The notes under the pieces are model-generated. The model did no database searches. It was given only the letters and a program-made list of their open reading frames with translations, and had not been told where the DNA came from. Of a DNA stretch of 63,723 nt, positions 1 through 13,000 are shown piece after piece (position 1 is the stretch's first letter; each line of letters starts with the position of its first letter). The position numbers and the translations under genes are program-made. Source of the stretch: Phoronis australis (taxonomy: Eukaryota > Animalia > Phoronida); assembly GCA_002633005.1 (NCBI GenBank), contig NMRA01000059.1, positions 232,992-296,714 of the forward strand, in the 5' to 3' direction.

Positions 1-481
1 GATACAGCCACAGGCGAAAAAAAAAAAAAAACTTCCACTAGGTGGCGCCACAGTAGTCGAAATCGTCGGAAAATCATCGTCAACCGTCCTCTAGATAGTA
101 AGCATATACATGCAAATTTTCACAATCATCCTTTGAGCGGTTTGGTTGATAGAGGGGTTGATGCACAAAAACACACTCGAAAACACTAAAAATGGCCACC
201 AGGTGGCACAAACTATGTTGAATCCATCTGAAAACGGGAGGATAGCGTCATCTCACTAATAAGTGTCTACACACCAAATTTCATGAAAATCCGTTCAGGA
301 CTTTTGAAGATACAAAGGTAAGCGTAAAAAAACTAAAATTGCCACTAGGGGGTATGTCAAAGGGTTTTGGAGATAGAGCAGCGGACGCCGGACGCCAGAC
401 GCCGGACGGACGCCGCCCGCACGGACGGACGGAGATGACGGCATAATGCGTCCACATATAAATATGTGGGCGCATAAAAAT
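1..481 (-). mobile_element. Non-autonomous dispersed repeat (Helentron-associated HINE/DINE-like organisation)
   Basis: Terminal T-tract, hairpin GCGTCCACATAT-AA-ATATGTGGGCGC, (GGAC)n microsatellite, internal CCACTAGGTGGC repeats; related pieces at ~8200-8810, ~23285-23305, ~45560-45850, ~48700-49260. Confidence 0.5.
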
Positions 482-797
482 CAAGCACTATATGACAATT
501 GACATATTGACATATAAGATATGGGGTCATGTTAGCACCAAATAAATCATGAAATTTTTAGTTCAGAAAGACAGCTTTCCATTAACTCTTAAGTTCTTGT
601 ATTTCAGCACTGACAGTTACTTTTGGTGACATTGCAGACACCCACATACACCTTGTCACCCACACACACCTTGACACCCACACACACCTTGACACCAACA
701 TACACCTTGAAGAGGTCCAGGAACACCATCCAAGATGAAGAATTACAAAATCAATATTAAAATTAGAAAAATTACAAAGTTTCAAGAAGACACAAAC

Positions 798-854
798 CCT
801 TCAAAATGTTCTCATCAACTTCCTCTGCTAGTCTAACAGCTGAAGCTCTTAATC
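798..854 (-). CDS. KMT2A: Possible small KMT2A/trx exon
   Basis: TTTCAG|GLRASAVRLAEEVDENILK G|GTTTGT, 57 nt, phase 1-1 compatible; no recognisable motif. Confidence 0.45.
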
Positions 855-3800
855 CTGAAATCATTCAAACATAACCATATCTTACAAACGTGATATTGAT
901 AACCATACCTTACAAAGGAGATATTGGTAACCATATCTTACAAAGGTGATATTGATAACCATATCTTACAAAGGAGATATTGGTAACCATATCTTACAAA
1001 GGTGATATTGATAACCATATCTTACAAAGGAGATATTGGGAACCATATCTTACAGAGGTGATATTGATCACCATATCATACAAAAGTGATATTGATAACC
1101 ATATCTTGCAAAGGTGATATTGGCAACATTAACTAATACTCAATATCAAATTTTGTAGGAATACATTTCAAAATATGGAGAACTATCTTTAAAAATAGTT
1201 CAAAAGTAAACAACCGAGGCACTAGTCAGCATAACTACACAATAGAAATATTAGTTTTATTTGACCAATCAGCTAAATCCATGTTTCAATAAAAAATCTA
1301 AATGAGTGAACAAAACAGAAGAGCTCCGGGTAGTAACACTCTTTGTTATACAATTTGGACAGATTATGTTGTTACAAACCTACCAGAGGTCCCTACATTA
1401 CCACCGTACCTCACCAAAGTCATTTCATGTCATTCAGATTGTGATCTTAAACTATGCACCACTTGGTGAGTACAATCCAGTGTCAAGGCAACACATCATG
1501 TTAATCAAATAAATGCTGTGTTCCAACTTTCACAACAGACTTGAGTGTGTGCACACTGAGTGAGCCGACACACTTTAGTGTGTGCACACTGAGTGTGCTG
1601 ACAGGCAGAAGGCAATGGATGGTTCTGCACTAAACTTTGTATGACCCCAAACATATCTTTTTCAGAATAAATCGATTGTTTTTTTGTACATTCTGAACAT
1701 CTCGAAGTTTTTTTCAAAATATTTCCACGTTTTGACTGCCTGAACAAGTGAATGACATACCACCACAAGCCCAAATATAACCTCCTTCCATAAATTACTT
1801 TAATTTAATCATGTCATAGAACAATAACTTACTTTCACCAGGGTCTTTATCGTATTTTTGGTTCTAAAAATCCATTTTAACTATGGCAAAAGTCAATAAT
1901 TGTATATTTACAAATACTTGCAAGAAACATCTCCCAAATAACTTTAAATTGGCTCTTACCCTTATCGGCCAATCTCTGCACAGTCCTCCGTAGGGGGTAA
2001 GTCTTCAACACACTCTTGGCCTTGTCACCCAAACTACTGTCAGCCTTCATTTCCTGCTCATCCATAACATTCACCTGAGTCTCACGGTCACCATTCAACA
2101 ACTGTGACTCGCACTCTTTCCACTCTCCAGGTTTCTCCACTTCCTCTGTAGTTCTGGATTTCTTCGTTACCTCGGATAGTTGTTGGTCCACTTCCTCCGT
2201 GGTAATCCCTGACATTATCGACTCTTTCACCTTATTGGTCAGTTTATCTAAGACTGGCTTTCTTTTAGAGATTTCGTGACCTATGATTACTCCAGAACTG
2301 TTGTAGACAGGACGCGCCTCTTCACCACTCTCTGTGTACATCTTTCCGTCCTCCCCAACCACAAAGGTCTTCTTTGTCTCAGCACCTCGCTTTGAACGTC
2401 GCCGGTCTACAGTCGACTTCAATGACAACTTTTGGTTATTGTTGTTCATGTTCTTATTTTGGGTTGGAGGAGGCTTCACCTCAACTATTTCAATCACGTC
2501 ATCGTCGTCATGGTTAACCTTCGTCGGTGCCTCCATGAGTCGCACACCAGTAGCGCCACCTAGCCTCCCACGAGATGACTGCTTGTCTGACTGTTGTGCA
2601 GTCACAACAGTGTCATTACTACATCTGACAGGCTTGACAGTTTTGCTCATGTTTTGACTGTCCTTGTCTGCATCAGACACTTTAGAAGAAATCTTCACCC
2701 TGTTTCCTTGACAACGTGGAGTTGTTTCCGAACTGCACTGGTCTGTATCAGGCACTTTAGAAGAAAAGTCCACACTGTTACCTTGACTACCTGGACTTGT
2801 TTCAGTGACAGGTTTATCCACTTTTAGTTTAACTTCTTTAATGCAGTTGTAGTTATTCTTGGAGTCGAGGTAATACAAGTACTTGAATGACTTGGCAGCA
2901 TCAGTGGCCTTCATATTGGGTGCATTCTTGGCATCAACACAGTTCTGGGACGAGACTTTCAACGCAAGAGAATCACGCACGGATTTTTGTGATAACTCGC
3001 TTAGTTTTGACGGTGAACATTGTTCAGTGTTGTTTGTCTGAAGACCAAAGTGTTCAGTTATGGAAGATTCACCGAGGACAACACTACCACAAGCAGTCTT
3101 TGTGGCTTCACACTGTTTGACATTATCACTTGTACTTGTTACTTTAACACAACTTTCATTGGTGTTGCTACCTTCAACTGTCTCATTACTAGTGCTTTGT
3201 GATTGGCTGATCAGTAGATCTACTGAGGGTGCTTCATCACCATCACCAGAGATTACCCTGCATGACTCTGTACCACTTGCTACAGAGTCACTCCTGGCCA
3301 TGTCACGACCCACACTAGTAGAACATTTGGAAAGTGGGTTATCTAAACTACTAATCACTGATGTTGAGTGCCTGTCTGAAGCAACAACGCTAACAGCCAG
3401 TTGACCCTGTGATGTGACAGAGTGTGAACTTGACACATGAGTGACAGGAGTCAATAAGGGCATTGTCAGATTGTTCCCGTTTGATTTGTGAGAACCATAA
3501 GACCTGACATCTGACAACGTGGGTGGCATCAAGTCATTGTGTTGATCACCTTCATTATTATCCACTGCAAGAGAAACAGAATCATTCTTTTCTGCTTCAC
3601 AGCAATTAGCAACAATTGGAATGTTAGAGTACAATAGCTCTTGAGATGACTCAGCACTGACACCATCTCCACCTTTACATTGTATATTGTTTGCATTTGC
3701 TCGTTTGTCTGACGTAAGGGAAGATGTGACCTTTAAACCAGGCATTAAGTCATCAGTCTGTACAGGGTGTGAAGAAGACCTCTCTGGCCCAACGACAGCC

Positions 3801-6800
3801 TGTACAGGGTGAGACAAAATTGTCTCTGGTTCTCCACCAGTCCGTACAGGATGAGAATAAGACCTCTCTGGCTCACCGACAGTCTGTACAGGGTGAGATA
3901 ACATTGTCTCTGGTTCTCCACCAGTCTGTACAGAGTGAGGTATAGTCCTCTCTGCCTCTCCCTTGTTCTCTGACACTGGTGGGAGGACCTCATCCATCTT
4001 GGTACCAGAAACTCCAACAGAATCCATATGAGTTAAACAGGAGAAGTCCTCAAGACTTGGCACCTCTGTTGTATCCTTCTTGTTATCTTCAGTATTTTCA
4101 GACTTCTCTCCTGATGAAAGCTGTGTTCCTGAACCAAACTTATCTAGATCGTCAACAGAGACTTCTATGAAATATGACTCCTCTGTTTCACCAACAATTT
4201 GCCCCTCAACAGCGGTTTGCATGTGAGCGTCGTCATCTCCAGCCAATAGCAGTACTTTATTGTCAACCACTGGCAGGTCACCACAGGGTGAATCAGAAGT
4301 TGTAGTCAAGTCAATACAGGGTGAATCAGAAGTTGTCCGGCCAATACAGGGTATATCACCAGTTAAAGACTGTCCACCTGCACCGCCTCCGCTCCATGGC
4401 TCACTCATAGCACGGCCACTTCTTTTCGCCTGTTCCCTGGCAACAAATTCTTGTGTAAAAGACTCCACCCTCGGTCTTTTGTTTTCCCGAGGAATAACTG
4501 AATCGTCCAATGACAACACCCGCTTTCGCCGAACTGTACTAAATGCCGCAGCCTTGTTTAGAGAATTCACCAATGACATTAAGTTGCCATCGATGTCATC
4601 ACTACCTTTCTCAACTGTTTCTTTGTCAACAAACCTTTCAAGATTACTCAGTCCCAGTAGTTTAACAGTGCTGGCAGAAAGTCGGCTCAGATCTGGAACA
4701 CTTCCACGCTTCGTTTTGGGCCAGGACTGACTCAAATTAGACTCCTTTTCTAACGATTTACTGAATCCTTCTGGAGCAGAGAAACTTGAGCACAACCTTT
4801 GCGGCAACTGAGAAGTTTCCGCAAGTAGTGCTGGTGACCTTTGTTGTTTCACTGGATCAATTGTAAGCGTGTTGAATCCCTCAGGGGCAGATCCACTTGA
4901 TGCAAGTCTAGCAGGACTACCATGGCCAAAGTTGGAGCCAAGGTCAGGGTCATCTGTAAAGAAAAAGCCACGCACCTCAGAACAACCCACGCACCTCAGA
5001 ACAATTTCAAGAAGAATGCTTCGTGTTTTAACATTACAAGTTACTTTTCAGTTCCGTTACAAAGTGGCAGTGACTTTCAAAAATGCTGACAAAACAGTCT
5101 CTTAACTGCCAAGACTGACACAATTGTGAAACAAATGACAAAGGTCTCTTGGTCCCTTATTCAAATGACATTCACGTCCAATATTGTTAATCTGCATTAA
5201 GTTCCTTTTAGAGCAAAAACTACTAAAAATAAGTACCAGAATGGAACACAATGTCATATTTATGCCGGCCTGCCCTCTTCTGGCATGGAGACAACAAGGA
5301 TGGCACAAGGTCAACTGGTGTGTAGTCTGGGTGGCCGGGGTCATGTACAAAGGTCGTGTCAGAGGTCACGTGCACTTGCTGAGACTCATCCTCCATAGGG
5401 TGTACTTCGATGACACGACACGTGTAGACAGTGCGACGACGGAAGTCACTGGTACTCCAGTAAACACGGGCACAGCTGGAGATGATGAAGATAAGGAAGG
5501 ATATAAAGATGACAGGACAACAGACAGGACAACAGACAGGACAAAGTCACTATATTTGTGGCTTTTCACAAAGAACTTAAGTAGACAAAAGTCTCTTCCT
5601 ACACTAACAACCATCAAACCTCCAGTCATACAATTCAAAGGTCTCTTCCTACACTAAAAACCTTCAAACCTCTATTCAAATAAAGACAATTTCCTCCACA
5701 GAATTTTTATGACACAATGTTTCCAGCAGAAGATGAAGCAAAGTGAATACTTCATTAATCACAACACCACATTTAAATAAAAGAAGTATATACATGAACA
5801 AAAACATAGAAATAGAACAAGGCAATTCAACAGACTAGTGTTAGAGTAACTACATCCTCTGCACGATCAACTTAATAATATTGATAGCTAGACAAATATT
5901 CAATTGATGGACAAGGCAACACAGCTCTATTTACAATTAATGTAAAGATATAATCCTACCTGAAACCAACTGGAATTAGATGTTGTTTAAAGTCAGACTG
6001 GTGGCTTAACTGGCCAAGGCACTCCACGGTCAGGGAACCTGTATAAAGAAATGACACAGTGAGGGAACCTGTATAGAGAAATGATAACCGACTGGAAAGA
6101 TGAATGTTTTGTGAATATGCCAAATATGCTACTGAGTATAATTTTGCAAAGATAACCGAGATCAAGAAACGAGTCGGCAAATCTCACACGACAGCTGGAA
6201 TTAAATTTTCAAAAATGGCACAGAACACCTCTAGCTGTATATATCAAGTCAAGCCATATTAATTTCGTGTAGATTGGGCGAAAAACCTTCAGCACTAGTT
6301 GAGTGGTCAATAAAGAGAGCACATACCAACAACAATGTTGATGAGTTCTGGGTAGAGTCCTGATGACCAAGACTTCTTGGACATCTTTACATTGTCACAG
6401 TTGATGCATACTCGCCGCAGCACTGAGAATTGGTCTTCTTGGATTGGCTACAAAAAGCATTGGAGACAAGATTGATTTGCTGCATGATCCTTGTGCCGAC
6501 TTACAAAATATCGTGATTTCCACAACATCCGTTTGGCAGTGCTAGGTGAGCCAACTCACCATGCACAAGCACCACCTAGTGACTACCAGTTCTACAAAGC
6601 GCTTACCTGGCTATCCGCATCAGCCCAATGTAGCTTACAGAAGACATTCTTGTCATCCTGGAAGTAGCAGCCATCTCGTCGTGAACACATGAAGTGGAAG
6701 TTGGCCTGACAGTAACTACTGCAGCAGCCAACGGTGGCGCCGGTGAGACTGCACACATTACACCTCTGAATGAACAAGAAGAAGTGATGTCATCAGATAG

Positions 6801-6966
6801 GAGGTTAACAATAACATGATGAGTAGAAACGATGGAACTATGTTATGCCTGTAAAATATGGACTTTGACAGTAGCCAGCATGTGAAAACAGTAACATGGA
6901 TAATTACGATAATAACAGAAATGGTCTCGTAATACTAAATCAATAACGGTGATCATATTACAAACA

Positions 6967-7012
<46 letters not shown>

Positions 7013-10000
7013 TGGCAAGAAACGTTTTTATTGAAGGAGAGGTGACAAAACTTTGATAAATAAATGATATTACTAAATGTGCACATTTAACATGACAAAC
7101 AGACAGACACTGAGTGAGTGTTCATTCAAAGATCAGAAAGACACTGAGTAATTGTTCATTCAAAGACCAGACACACACTGAGTGAGTGTTCATTCAAAGA
7201 TCAGAAAGACACTGAGTGAGTGTTCATTCAAAGACCAGACACACACTGAGTGAGTGTTCATTCAAAGATCAGAAAGACACTGAGTGAGTGTTCAGTCACA
7301 GACCAGACATTCATAGACCATACACACACTGAGTGAGTGTTCAGTCACAGACCAGACAGACACACAGTGAGTGTTCATTCTCCTGACCAGATAGAGACTG
7401 AACATGTGTTCATTCACAGACCTTACAGACACCGAGTGTGAGTTCAGTCACAGGTCACTCTTACCAATTGTTTGCCACGTGACACTGCTGTATGTACATT
7501 CTGCAGCGAGCCGTCAGCCAACTCGTACACTTCTGCCGACCAGAGGGCGCAGTTAACGTGAACCCACGTGTCATAGCCAGCATAGAGTAATCGGCCAGCT
7601 TCCTGTAAGGAAGACAGTTTACGGTTAGAGAAGTTAAAACAATATTGAGCACAGTATCGAGCACAATATTGAGCATGGAAAAGGTATAATTTTTTAGCAC
7701 ACATCAAATGACATTTTTCTTTATTAAGAGCTTCATAAGTCACCCACTGCAGCTACTTATCCACTGAAAAAATTGCCTGATGATGCTTTACAACAGGATA
7801 GAACAGATATGTGAGCAAGGCATGAATGTTTGAAGACAGATAATGTCCTGCAACTGATCTGTGAGCAAGGCGTGAATGTTTGAAGACGGATAATGTCCTG
7901 CAACTGATCTGTGAGCAAGGCGTGAATGTTTGAAGACAGATAATGTCCTGCAACTGATCTGTGAGCAAGGCGTGAATGTCTGAAGACAGATAATGTCCTG
8001 CAACTGATCTGTGAGCAAGGCGTGAATGTTTGAAGACAGATAATGTCCTGCAACTGATCTGTGAGCAAGGCGTGAATGTTTGAAGACAGATAATGTCCTG
8101 CAACTCACATAAGCTTATCTAACTTTGCCACAGTGCTGATAATTTCAGTCATTATAATTGGTAACATCTACCTTCAGAGAGATGCCTTTTTATAAACAAG
8201 AGCAATGTGGAGCCTTGAAATATACCCACGGCTGCAACGCAAACAGTGTGCTTCTAGGGTATTTATATCATAAATAGAGGCCATTAGATGGCTCAGAATA
8301 CAGTGAACCCATCCACAAATGGGAAGATGTCATCTCTCAAAACAATTTGCCAAATTTCCTGAAAATCTGTGTCAAAGAACTCCAATGATACAAAGGCAAA
8401 TGTAAAAAACAAACTGCCATTAGGAACCACAACAGTAGTCAAATCCATCCATCTGCTGCCAAGGTAATAGGAATACAATTGCAAAAGTTCAAAAACATTT
8501 TGCAAGGAGTTTAAGAGATACAGCCGTAGATGCAAAAAAGTCACTCGAGGGCACCCCGTACTTGGACCCATTTGAAAATCCATGTTCGTCATGCTCTTGT
8601 CAGTAGGAACACATCTGACAGTATTTCACAGTGATCCTTTGCATGATATGGCAGATGCAGAAGCAGACAACAAAAAACAGACTAACATACATCAAAGCGT
8701 TTTGGAGATAGACCAGCAGACGTCAGATGCTGGACGGGAGGCGGATGGACGGACAGGGTTGACGGCATAATGCGCCCACGCCTCCAAAATTTAGCGAGCA
8801 CGCAAAAATGATAGAGATGATTTCAAAACTACAATGCATGACATTTAACATTTCAACACGGAAATATGTAGTTGTTACAACAGGTGCAAGGCCAAGTTTG
8901 CTTTAATTCCAATACTGGTATATCAAGAAAAATACTTCCAGCAGGCGTTGGGAATCATTAAACGAAATGTTTATTGTATGCAGGGCTTAGCTTCATTACA
9001 CAGTTTACATTACAACTTTACAATGATAAAATTTCAGCTCTTAGCACTGTTGTGCCAGGTTACAAAGATCATGGCTTTGAAATAATCTATCTACACTGGC
9101 ATGATCCGTCATATTGGACAGTACTAAGAACCACTTACATTGGGATCAGCATCACCTACAGTCTGACACAGTAAACACCGGCGGTTGTCATTGTCAGTAG
9201 TTTCCATGGGCTCTACTAGAGGCACTGCCAGCTCCATGCAAGGTTCAGACTCATCCCCACTGTTGTCACCAAATGAGGCTAAATACAGGAAACAAAGAAT
9301 TGTCAAATTTGACAAGTGTTTCTTTGATGAGAAGTTTCAGGCAAATGTAACCTCACTGGCAGAAGTCGCGTTAAACTGATCAACACTAGACAATTCTCAA
9401 ACCAACAAAATATGGAGATTTTTCCATTCTGAACTAAACAACACATAGACATTATGTAACAATACATTTTAAAAGCCAAATGGCATGCCGTTTTAAATGA
9501 ATTCCACATGACAAAGCTCACCTGCAGGGGACTTGGTCTTGGACCTGGGGGTGACCGTCACCCTCTTGAAGGGCGAGGGTTGTGGTGATAAGGGTTCAAC
9601 CACTCGTCTAAGCCATTGGGCGTAGGTGTGATCAACAGTAGGAGGAAGGATAGCATTGTCCAACATGTTTCTGAAGGAATGTGAAGGATTAATAATCAAA
9701 TTTATAATTACTACAGTTATTTACCATGTACAGTGGTTCAGATTTGTTGAACTTATGTTTAAAGCAGAAGACAAATCTGTGCATAACTAGAGAACTAGCC
9801 AAAAATTTTAGCCTTAAAAATAAAAATTGGTCTGAACAAAAGACTGAAATAAGAGAAAACAGCACAGAAATAACAAGAGAAATGAAATCTGAGAGGCAGC
9901 AACATAACAATCTGAGATCCACTACATATGGGGGAAACAATTGCTAAAACATTTCAGGTTATAGTTTGCACTCACATTATCCCTCTTTACTAATAACATT

Positions 10001-13000
10001 TTGTTCAGTTTTAAACTCATCCACAAATTTCATTGCTTGAAGGTTGTAAACTGCTGACTACTTACGGGGGTAAGTTTTTATTGTGTTCCCACAGACTAGA
10101 GCGGTTGACATTAAACCAAGGAAAGACATTAGCCATTTGCTGCAAAATACAAAAACATGAATAATGAACAAAAACTTCAAATAATAATGAGAGATCGTCT
10201 GAATCATTTAGGGTCATACTACTACAGTACACTGCAACAATAATCAGACAAAAAACACTCCCCTTCAAAACCGGTAATGACCAGTCATGACTGGTAATGA
10301 CCAGTCATGACTGGGCATTCTATATGTTGTGATGGTGAATTACACTTGTGCCCAGCCATTCTGACAGGGAATCCCAGGTCATTTTGTCTGATTATTTTAA
10401 GTGGGTACAGCACATATTACTCCATCATCTGCCAAAGCATGGTTTCGTGAGGAATACAACATAAGAAATTTTACAGTAAAAACTCCTATAAGGTTGGCTT
10501 TGTATGCTTACTAATTCTTGTCGAAATATTTTACAAAGACTGATGAAAAAAGGAAAATTGTTCTATTGCCCAAATAATAACTAAGGTGTGTATTCATGAT
10601 CATACTATTCCAGACATTTTATTTTGTAAACAGTCTACAAATGCCATATTCTCGTCTCTTTGTAGTTTTTGTTTTGCCCTTCAACCAGAAAAACCAATTT
10701 TGGTTTATCACACATTTTGGTGCCTTGGCCCAGATCAACTCAGACAAGTTGCCCTAAAAACAATTAATGGCAACGCATTTAGTAGCACTGAACGTATTGT
10801 TGAGATACTGTTTCATTGTTATCAGTATCAATAGGATTACATCAACAATACTGATGTGTGCACCGTCCTAGTTATAATTTATGAGTACACAGTCCAAGTT
10901 ATAACTGGTGTGTACACAAGCCTAGTTATAAATGATGTGTACACAGTCCTATTAATGACTGATGTGTACACATTCCTAGTTATAAGTGATCTGTACACAG
11001 TCCTCGTTACAAGTGATGTGTACACAGTCCTAGTTATAACTGTGTACACAGTCCTATTTATAACTGATGCATACAGTCCTAGTTATAACTGATGTGTCAC
11101 AGTCCTAATTATAACTGATGAGTACAGTCCTCGTTATAACTGATGTGTACACAGTCCTAGTTATAACTGATGTGTACGCAGTCCTAGTTATAACTTATCC
11201 ACAGTGAAAAAGAACATAAACTCACTGACTTGAATCAAACTCATTAGGGTAAATCACAAACCTTAATGAACATTGACCGAACAGAGCTGGTGTTCTTTCG
11301 CAGGTTGCCGGGCAGTGATTCATTTTTCAATGCCTTCTGAATAATTCGCACCAAGTCATCATTGAATTGTTCCTGTGGAAATAAAAAGACCAACTACGAT
11401 TGACAACCACCAATTAAAGCGACCACATACATTGTAATTTAAGACACATTTTAGTTAGAAATTATCGTTGACAACCTGACAACTAAGTAACAAAAAATGG
11501 ATTAGGTCATTTACTCTCATAACAAATTCTCATAACATTCATTAACATTATGAGCATTCCTTAACATTATGAGCTTTCATTAACATGACGAGCTTTCATT
11601 AACATGACGAGAATTCACTAACATGAGATTTCATTAACATGATGAGCTTTCATTAACATGATGAGCATTCATTAACATTATGAGCATTCACTAACACGAT
11701 GAGCTTTCATTAACATGATGAGCATTCATTAAGAAACATGATGAGCTTTGATTTCAATTACTAACAACAACATGAAAACCATCAGCGACTCAAGAAAATG
11801 TTTCTGAGTTTATTGACGTTGGCCAACACTAAAAATGCAATTTTGGACGCATGTATGCATGCTCTGGTTTGGAAATTGGCCAAACCTAAAAATATGAGTT
11901 GGAAAACAGCACATGGATGTATTTTCTGGTATGGAGATGGGCCAGGCGTAAAATATGAATTGGAAAACAGTGCATGTACACATTTGCTGCGACTTGAGTC
12001 AGTAACAAAAGTAGAATCCTGTCACAGTAATGAATATTATGAGACTCATTACATAACAGTAAAAGGCCTAATTTAATATCGGTTTTACATCCAGATAAAT
12101 AGGGTGAAATGGAGCTTTAACAGTGGCAAACTACTGGTTTACATCACAACACCTACTGTGTAATTCAACATGTTTGAGTTGGCAAGAAGTCAACTTTATT
12201 TCAGTCAACTACGAATTGGTCAATTTTCAATAACATAAATCATCACAGCAAAAACTATTGTGGAAAAGATCACATAGGCACAGTCGATCATACAGGCACC
12301 GTCAAAAGCACAAGAAGTAGTAAAACTAATTTACTCTTTAATGCTAGAACAAATTTGTTGACTTCTGAGTTCTCTAGTCAATTAGTTGGTTACCTCATGT
12401 TAAATAAAAGAACTTAAAACAAACATATTTCACATCAACCTACTTCCTCTATAGTGTTTGCTTCACTTACACTTTTACACTGTGAACTGCTGCAAGAAGT
12501 CAACATGACTAAGAGAGCTAGACTAAAAATAAGCAATGACTAACAACAAGCAATGACTATCAAACAGATCAAATAGAGCAGAATTGTTGACATCAAGACC
12601 TAGTTTGGCTCAAGAAGGAAATATATTCACTGTACCCCTTATGGAGCATGATGGCAGGGCTTTAGTCATGTCTGTGAAACAGAATGAGGTGATACGCTTA
12701 AGCAGAGTGGACACGCATGAACATATGTATTTAAATATTCTGGTGAATGTCAACAAGTGGGAAATTCTGAATCTGTTGCAAGATGCGGGACTAAGCTTCA
12801 AAAATCAGGACAGTTGGCAAATATAATATTGGTTGATAAGACACGTCATTAAATACTTCAACTCACCACTGTTGTGTAGAGACCAAGTAAAGCTTTGTTC
12901 ATCACAGTCTGCAAATCATATGGATTACTGGCTTCCCCACTTCCTTTTTCAGGTGTGGAAGGGAGACACCTGGCGAGCCGTACCTGAGGTAGCGCTACAG

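Noticed and set aside
873-1123. Regular ~28-36-bp repeat arrays resembling CRISPR
   Set aside because: Head-to-tail units with no unique spacers, inside spliceosomal introns; no cas genes.
2334-4730. Plus-strand ORFs opposite the giant exon (and opposite 12867-13754 and 28396-29484)
   Set aside because: Antisense shadows of real coding exons.
1960-4953. Taspase-1 cleavage site (QxD/GxDD) in the giant exon
   Set aside because: No matching motif found; it may lie beyond the window.
7753-8108. Three overlapping ~100-aa ORFs
   Set aside because: Translations of the intronic tandem repeat, not coding.
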